Assembly (NCBI GenBank): GCA_027484385.1
Contig: JAIXTB010000133.1
Location: forward strand, 714-64,713
DNA length: 64,000 nt
Origin: Neisseriaceae bacterium
GTDB lineage: Bacteria > Pseudomonadota > Gammaproteobacteria > Burkholderiales > Chromobacteriaceae
Direction of reading: 5' to 3'
Part shown: positions 59,023 to 64,000 of the stretch, piece after piece
Numbering within the stretch: the stretch's first letter is position 1
How the letters are laid out: each line of letters starts with the position of its first letter
Position numbers and translations under genes: made by a program
Notes under the pieces: model-generated
Told to the model about the DNA's origin: nothing
Seen by the model: only the letters and a program-made list of their open reading frames with translations
Database searches by the model: none

Positions 59023-60033
59023 TTAGTGCTGCAAGGTCACCTTGCCGCTATGGCCGCCCGACATCAGCCGCTCAAACGCCTGGGCGTGGTCATCCAGCGA
59101 GAAATCCTGGTCCAGCACCGGGTGCAGGCCATGCTGGCTGATGGCCGCATTCATGCGCTCGAACTCCAGCCGGCTGCCCATATTGATGCGGCGCACCACG
59201 GCCCCGCTCATGAATAGCTGCATGAAATCCACCTGCGGCTGGCCGGGTGCCACAAAGCCCACCAGCGCGATTTCTCCCTCGTTGGCCACCGCCTGCAGTG
59301 ACTGCGCCAGGGTGCCGGGGCCACCAATCTCCACAACGCGGTTTACCCCCACGCCGCCTGTGAGCTCGCGTGCGGCCAAGCCCCAGTCTGGCGTGCTGCG
59401 GTAATTGATCACGTGCGTGGCCCCCAGCTGGTGCAGCAGTGCGGCCTTGGCGTCGCCCGAGGTGGTGGCAATCACGCTGGCACCCAGCATGCGGGCAAAC
59501 TGCAGCGCAAACAGGGCGACCCCGCCGGTGCCCTGGGTCAGCACCACATCGCCGGGGCCTACCGGGTAACCGCCATGCAGCGCGTTCCAGGCCGTGAGCG
59601 CGGCACAGGGCAGGGTAGCGCCTTCACGGTAACTCAGGTGTGCGGGCAGGCGTACCAGGTCTTCCGCGCGGACTGTCTTGTACTGGCACATCCAGCCATC
59701 CAGCTGGGTGCCGTATTGCCGGCTGGCACTGCTGGCCGGAAAGCTGCCGCCAAACCAGCCGGGGAAAAAGGTACTGCACACGCGGTCGCCAGTAACAAAG
59801 CGGCTCACTTCACTGCCGGTTTCCAGTACTTCTGCCGCGGCGTCGGTCAGCTGGATCAAGCCATCCTGTCGTGGCAGCGGGTACCAGCCCTGCAGCAGGG
59901 CCACATCACGGAAGTTCAGCGCGCTGGCGTGCACCCTCAGCAGCACTTCGTCGTGGCGCGGCGGGCGCGGCACGTCATCTTCGCGGGTAAACCGGCCATC
60001 CTGGCCACTGCCCAGCAAACGGTATGCAGTCAT
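59023..60033 (-). CDS. NAD(P)-dependent MDR/zinc-type alcohol dehydrogenase family protein
   Basis: SALNFRD, TLPCAALTAW, QGTGGVALFALQ, KVTL. Confidence 0.88.
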   Translation of the reverse strand: MTAYRLLGSGQDGRFTREDDVPRPPRHDEVLLRVHASALNFRDVALLQGWYPLPRQDGLIQLTDAAAEVLETGSEVSRFVTGDRVCSTFFPGWFGGSFPASSASRQYGTQLDGWMCQYKTVRAEDLVRLPAHLSYREGATLPCAALTAWNALHGGYPVGPGDVVLTQGTGGVALFALQFARMLGASVIATTSGDAKAALLHQLGATHVINYRSTPDWGLAARELTGGVGVNRVVEIGGPGTLAQSLQAVANEGEIALVGFVAPGQPQVDFMQLFMSGAVVRRINMGSRLEFERMNAAISQHGLHPVLDQDFSLDDHAQAFERLMSGGHSGKVTLQH

Positions 60034-60138
60034 CTTGTGCTCCTTGGCAAATTGAGCCCCCACCTTAAGCCGGGCAGGCAATACAATGAATGACTATCTG
60101 GCCTGATTTCATCACCATTCGTCCCGAAAGTACGCCCT

Positions 60139-61062
60139 ATGAGCCCGCTAGACCACCTGCTGGACAGCATGAAACTGCAAAGCGCGCTGTATGCGCACTT
60201 GCACGCCGGCGCCCCCTGGGGCATCCATTTTCATCACGATCACCACAGCCGTTTTGTGCTGCTGGCGCAAGGCAGTGCCTGGCTGTCCTCGCCAGCGCTG
60301 GGCGCGCCGGTGTGCCTGCAGGCCGGCGACAGCTTTCTGGTGCGTGAAGGGGTGCCATTCGTACTGCAGGATGCGCTGGACACCCCCTGCCAGCGCTGCA
60401 GCGAGCTGTTTGGCGAAGGCCATAAGCACAATGTGGTACTGGGCGGCAGCGGCGCGCAGTCGCTGGTGCTGGCCGGGCGTTTCGTGTTCGAGCAGCCGTC
60501 GGTGGCGCATCTGCTCGCCGAGCTGCCCGGCTTGATGCTGCTGCCACACGATGCAGAGCGCGCGCCACTGTTGGCCGCCACCTTGCAGCTGATGATGCTG
60601 GAAAGCCGCCAGCCGCGCCCCGGTGCCTGGCAGGTCATCAGCCGGCTGGCCGATGTGCTGTTCATCCAGGCGGTACGCCGCTACTGCGAAGACAGCCACC
60701 ACCGCCCCGGCTGGCTGGCCGCGCTGTCGGACGCCCGCCTGTCCCCCCTGCTGCACGCCATCCAGCAAGCCCCAGCCAGGCGCTGGCTGCTGGCCGACAT
60801 GGCCAGCCTGGCGGGCATGTCGCGCTCGCGTTTTGCCCTGTATTTTCGCCAGGTTGTCGGCGATAGCCCGGCCAGCTACCTGACGCGCTGGCGTATGTAC
60901 CAGGCCGCCTGCCTGCTGCGCGACAGCCCGCTGCCGCTGGTACGCATTGCCGAGCAAACCGGCTACGACAGCGAAGTGGCGTTCAGCCGCGCCTTCAAGC
61001 GCACCACCGGCTACAGCCCCGGCCAGTATCGTCGACAGCAGGGCAGCGCCATGATGGCGTAA
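60139..61062 (+). CDS. AraC-family regulator with cupin domain
   Basis: Cupin_6-like N-terminus; GMSRS.F...F, GY.SE.AFSRAFKR..G.SP. Confidence 0.9.
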   Translation: MSPLDHLLDSMKLQSALYAHLHAGAPWGIHFHHDHHSRFVLLAQGSAWLSSPALGAPVCLQAGDSFLVREGVPFVLQDALDTPCQRCSELFGEGHKHNVVLGGSGAQSLVLAGRFVFEQPSVAHLLAELPGLMLLPHDAERAPLLAATLQLMMLESRQPRPGAWQVISRLADVLFIQAVRRYCEDSHHRPGWLAALSDARLSPLLHAIQQAPARRWLLADMASLAGMSRSRFALYFRQVVGDSPASYLTRWRMYQAACLLRDSPLPLVRIAEQTGYDSEVAFSRAFKRTTGYSPGQYRRQQGSAMMA

Positions 61063-61076
61063 ATGTATATACATTT
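61061..61076. promoter_or_regulatory. HutC operator candidate 1
   Basis: Palindrome AAATGTATATACATTT containing TGTA-N2-TACA. Confidence 0.65.
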
Positions 61077-61206
61077 ATAAGGTACCCGCGAGCAGGCCAT
61101 GTTCACGCATGACCTGCTGTTTTTTATGGGTTTTTTCCTGTTTATCTTACGCAGCATGCTGCGGTGCAGGATAAAACACTGCTTGACGATTGGCTGCATA
61201 TGGTCT

Positions 61207-61220
61207 AAATGTATATACAA
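61207..61220. promoter_or_regulatory. HutC operator candidate 2
   Basis: AAATGTATATACAA, 25 nt upstream of the hutI start. Confidence 0.75.
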
Positions 61221-61244
61221 TTAATCAGCCAAGCGGACCCAGCC

Positions 61245-62480
61245 ATGCATCAGCCCTGCCACACCCTGTGGATCAACGCCCGACTCGCCACCTGCGATGC
61301 GGCCAACCCTGCGCCCTATGGTGCGCTGGAAGGCCACGCGCTGTGGCTGCAGGATGGTCGCATCCACGCCGTGCTGCCGCAGGCCGAGGCACTGCAGGCG
61401 TTTGCTGGCGCTGGCGAGGTAATCGACGCGCAAGGCCGCTGGATCACGCCGGGCTTTATCGATTGCCACACCCACCTGGTGTACGGCGGCAACCGCGCCG
61501 CGGAATGGGAAAAACGCCTAACCGGCGTGCCCTACCAGCAAATCGCAGCCGAAGGCGGCGGCATTATCTCCACCGTGCGCGCCACCCGCAGCCTGGACGA
61601 AGACGAGCTGGCGCTGGCCAGCCTGCCACGCCTGAAAGCGCTGATGAAAGAAGGCGTCACCACGGTAGAGATCAAGTCCGGTTACGGCCTGACACTGGCC
61701 GACGAGCTGAAACAGCTGCGCGCCGCCCGCCGCTTGGCTGCTGCGCTGCCGGTGGAAGTGGCCACCACGCTGCTGTCGGCGCACGCGCTGCCGCCGGAAT
61801 ACGCCGGCCAGGCCGACGCCTATATCGATTACGTGTGCCACACCATCGTGCCGGCTGCCGCCGCCGAAGGCCTGGCCGAAGCGGTGGACGTGTTTTGCGA
61901 AGGGGTGGGCTTTTCGCCTGCGCAAACCCGCCGCGTGTTCGACGCCGCCCGCGCCCACGGCCTGCAGCTGAAAGGCCACGTGGAGCAGCTGTCCAACCTG
62001 CACGGCGCCGCGCTGGTGGCCGAGTTTGGCGGCCTGTCGGCAGACCACATCGAATACCTGGACGACGCCGGCGTAGCCGCCATGGCGCAGGCCGGCACCG
62101 TGGCCGTGCTGCTGCCCGGTGCGTACTACTTTTTGCGCGAAACGCAAAAGCCGCCGGTGGACAAGCTGCGCGCCGCTGGCGTGGCCATGGCGGTGTCCAC
62201 CGACCTGAACCCCGGCACCAGCCCGTTTGCCTCCATCCGCCTGGCCATGAACCAGGCCTGCGTGCTGTTCGGCCTGACGCCGGAAGAAGCCGTGCTGGGC
62301 ACCACCCGCCACGCCGCGCAGGCGCTGGGCCGCGCGGCCAGCCATGGCAAGTTGGCCGCAGGCTACGTGGCCGACCTGTTGCTGTGGGATATCGAGCACC
62401 CGGCGGAAATCGTGTACGGCCTGGGCACCAACCCGCTGAAACAGCGCGTGTTCCGTGGCGTGGCGCAGCAGATTGATTGA
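61245..62480 (+). CDS. hutI: Imidazolonepropionase
   Basis: PGFIDCHTHL, GVTTVEIKSGYG, VDVFCE, STDLNPGTSP. Confidence 0.96.
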   Translation: MHQPCHTLWINARLATCDAANPAPYGALEGHALWLQDGRIHAVLPQAEALQAFAGAGEVIDAQGRWITPGFIDCHTHLVYGGNRAAEWEKRLTGVPYQQIAAEGGGIISTVRATRSLDEDELALASLPRLKALMKEGVTTVEIKSGYGLTLADELKQLRAARRLAAALPVEVATTLLSAHALPPEYAGQADAYIDYVCHTIVPAAAAEGLAEAVDVFCEGVGFSPAQTRRVFDAARAHGLQLKGHVEQLSNLHGAALVAEFGGLSADHIEYLDDAGVAAMAQAGTVAVLLPGAYYFLRETQKPPVDKLRAAGVAMAVSTDLNPGTSPFASIRLAMNQACVLFGLTPEEAVLGTTRHAAQALGRAASHGKLAAGYVADLLLWDIEHPAEIVYGLGTNPLKQRVFRGVAQQID

Positions 62481-62512
62481 TCTGTCTGCCTTGAATACAG
62501 AAAACATTTTTA

Positions 62513-62604
62513 GCCACGGAATACACGGAAGACACAGAAAAAAGAAGCCGGCTTCAATGGCATAGGGTTTGGTTTTTTTCCGTGCTTTCTGTGTATTCCG
62601 TGGC
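62513..62604. repeat. Intergenic inverted-repeat element with three 9-nt-periodic CAC(G/A)GAA units per arm
   Basis: gccacggaatacacggaagacacagaaa ... tttccgtgctttctgtgtattccgtggc. Confidence 0.85.
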
Positions 62605-62679
62605 AAAAAAGAAATGCAGTTTTTAAGTGCCGTGGCAAACCACCAGGCGTGCCTGATGACCGGCAAAAAGGATTTTCAA

Positions 62680-63612
62680 ATGACGATAGACATGAGCATG
62701 TGGACCGGCCGCGTCGACGCCGCCGAAGGCGACGCCGCCCGTCGCTGGCACCAGGCCGTACAGCCGCTGGCCGCGGGTGCTGTGCCCGGCATTGCCATCC
62801 TCGGCTTTGCCTGCGACGAAGGCGTGCGCCGTAACCAGGGCCGTACCGGCGCGGTGGATGGCCCGCTGGCGCTGCGCCGTGCGCTGGCCAACCTGGCCTG
62901 GCACCCCACGCTGCCGCTGTACGACGCCGGCACCGTGCGCTGTGACGACGGCGACCTGGACGCCGCGCACGAAAGGTTGGCCGCAGCCGTTACCGCCATT
63001 GTGCAAGCCGGCCACCTGCCGCTGGTACTGGGTGGCGGCCACGAAACCGCCTACGGCCACTGGCTGGGCCTGGCCCGTGCCCACGCCGGCAAGCGCATCG
63101 GCATCGTCAATTTCGACGCCCATTTCGACCTGCGCCAGGCCGACACCGCCACCAGCGGCACGCCGTTTGCGCAGATCGCCGCCGCCTGCAGCACGCTGGG
63201 CCAGCCGTTCCGCTACCTGTGCCTGGGTGTGGCGGAAACCGCCAACACCCGTGCGCTGTTCGATACCGCAGCCCGGCTGGGCGCCGAATGGCGGCTGGAT
63301 AGCGATATGGCCCCGTGGCAGCTGGCCGAAGCGCGCCAGCAGCTGGCCGAGTTTATCGACAGCGTAGACGCCGTGTACCTGACCATCGACCTGGACGTAC
63401 TGCCCGCCGCGCAAATGCCGGCGGTGTCGGCACCGGCAGGTTATGGCGTGGATATCGCCGTGGTGGATGCGCTGGTGGCCAAGCTGGCCCGCAGCGGCAA
63501 GCTGATTGGCGCCGACCTGGTGGAATTCAACCCCGCTTTCGACCAGGACAGCCACGGCGCCAAAGCCGCCGCCCGCCTGGCCTGGGGCATTACCCGCCAG
63601 CTACGCCGTTGA
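62680..63612 (+). CDS. hutG: Formimidoylglutamase (arginase family)
   Basis: GFACDEGVRRNQGR, GGGHETAY, NFDAHFDLR, TIDLDVLP..PAVSAP. Confidence 0.93.
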   Translation: MTIDMSMWTGRVDAAEGDAARRWHQAVQPLAAGAVPGIAILGFACDEGVRRNQGRTGAVDGPLALRRALANLAWHPTLPLYDAGTVRCDDGDLDAAHERLAAAVTAIVQAGHLPLVLGGGHETAYGHWLGLARAHAGKRIGIVNFDAHFDLRQADTATSGTPFAQIAAACSTLGQPFRYLCLGVAETANTRALFDTAARLGAEWRLDSDMAPWQLAEARQQLAEFIDSVDAVYLTIDLDVLPAAQMPAVSAPAGYGVDIAVVDALVAKLARSGKLIGADLVEFNPAFDQDSHGAKAAARLAWGITRQLRR

Positions 63613-63646
63613 TTTGATTTTCAGCCACGAAAACAGTTAACAGCCA

Positions 63647-63760
63647 TTGGCCACGAAAACCACGAAACAACACGAAACCTGATGAGAAAACCTTGTACGA
63701 ATCCAAATCAGCGGCGGCTATTAAAAAAATTCCGTGCTTTTCGTGTGCTTTCGTGGCCAA
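63647..63760. repeat. Second intergenic inverted-repeat element with three CACGAAA units per arm
   Basis: ttggccacgaaaaccacgaaacaacacgaaa ... ttccgtgcttttcgtgtgctttcgtggccaa; extra half-units at about 63623 and 63776. Confidence 0.85.
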
Positions 63761-63816
63761 AAAAAGCCTTTACCCTGCTTTCGCGGCCAACACAGATTTT
63801 TAGAGGAGAGACTCCC

Positions 63817-64000
63817 ATGAACGACCCGCGTTTTGATGCTTCCCGTGTTATCCGCGCCCCGCACGGCAGCGACCTGCATTGCAAAAACTGGATCGCCGAA
63901 GCGGCCTTCCGCATGGTGCAAAACAACCTGGACCCGGACGTGGCGGAAAACCCGCAAGGTCTGGTGGTGTACGGCGGTATCGGCCGTGCGGCGCGTAACT
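63817..64000 (+). CDS. hutU: Urocanate hydratase, 5' part (runs off the window)
   Basis: Manual translation MNDPRF...IRAPHG...[33 protein letters not shown]; GAGGAG RBS. Confidence 0.95.
   Translation, partial: MNDPRFDASRVIRAPHGSDLHCKNWIAEAAFRMVQNNLDPDVAENPQGLVVYGGIGRAARN

Larger units (their letters stand above)
3871..62985. repeat. Dispersed 10-mer TGCGGCCAAC/GTTGGCCGCA, 41 copies by manual count (DUS/USS-like)
   Basis: Plus strand: 5646, 7134, 8069, 11028, 12862, 16153, 19610, 22255, 28693, 41277, 42482, 43980, 47184, 48296, 51699, 54565, 56402, 61298. Minus strand: 3871, 8096, 12505, 14038, 16175, 20209, 20476, 20497, 25822, 27581, 32671, 33294, 35802, 36495, 40442, 43013, 44101, 45356, 48316, 54055, 55215, 62351, 62976. 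Confidence 0.85.

Noticed and set aside
3871-62985. TGCGGCCAAC as a Chi- or KOPS-type replication-oriented motif
   Set aside because: Copies are split 18 plus to 23 minus with no clear switch at the origin candidate, and they form inverted pairs. Chi and KOPS are strongly strand-polarised.
62513-63790. hut intergenic repeats as a CRISPR array
   Set aside because: Units are 7-10 nt and arranged as inverted arms, with no 25-40-nt repeat/spacer pattern and no cas genes.
1-64000. Frequent GCTGGCCAGC palindrome as a second dispersed signal
   Set aside because: It is explained by the preferred codons CTG-GCC-AGC (Leu-Ala-Ser) and was not seen to force rare codons.
1-64000. rRNA, tRNA, IS/transposase, integrase or prophage genes
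   Set aside because: None recognisable. Nearly all sequence is accounted for by protein-coding genes and short intergenic regions.
40876-64000. GC-skew inversion at about 53 kb as proof of the origin
   Set aside because: Hand counts of a few 60-nt lines were dominated by gene orientation and were inconsistent (hutI and hutG lines are C-rich). A genome-wide computation is needed.

Overview
GC-rich betaproteobacterial chromosome segment, most likely Neisseriales/Chromobacteriaceae and Vogesella-like (inferred from gene content and protein style). It carries about 55 ordinary genes: tandem MCPs, a FecIR-TonB receptor-ABC-SIP iron uptake unit, gst, mazG-like, cpdB, four c-di-GMP enzymes, pyrBI with a leader/attenuator, tctDE/tctCBA, a fused Ior-type oxidoreductase, a GNAT-rich operon, pecS/pecM, rsmE, waaC/waaA and hutC/hutIGU. 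No rRNA, tRNA, CRISPR array or transposase was seen. The strongest signals are not genes. (1) The 10-mer TGCGGCCAAC (extended consensus about ATGCGGCCAACCT) occurs 41 times by manual count. It lies on both strands, in five of six reading frames inside genes, where it forces minor codons, and as inverted pairs in terminator-like hairpins. This is the pattern of a Neisseria DUS / Haemophilus USS DNA-uptake sequence, but the sequence is different. (2) Eight perfect DnaA boxes plus a very AT-rich tract flank a glycosyltransferase gene next to waaC-waaA, giving a candidate oriC with no dnaA in the window. (3) A perfect 21-1-21 palindrome built on a Fur box precedes the ECF sigma gene. (4) Two 9-10-nt-periodic inverted-repeat elements sit in the hut operon. 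(5) A 38-bp tandem duplication rewrites the pecM C-terminus. All counts are by eye and need computational confirmation.
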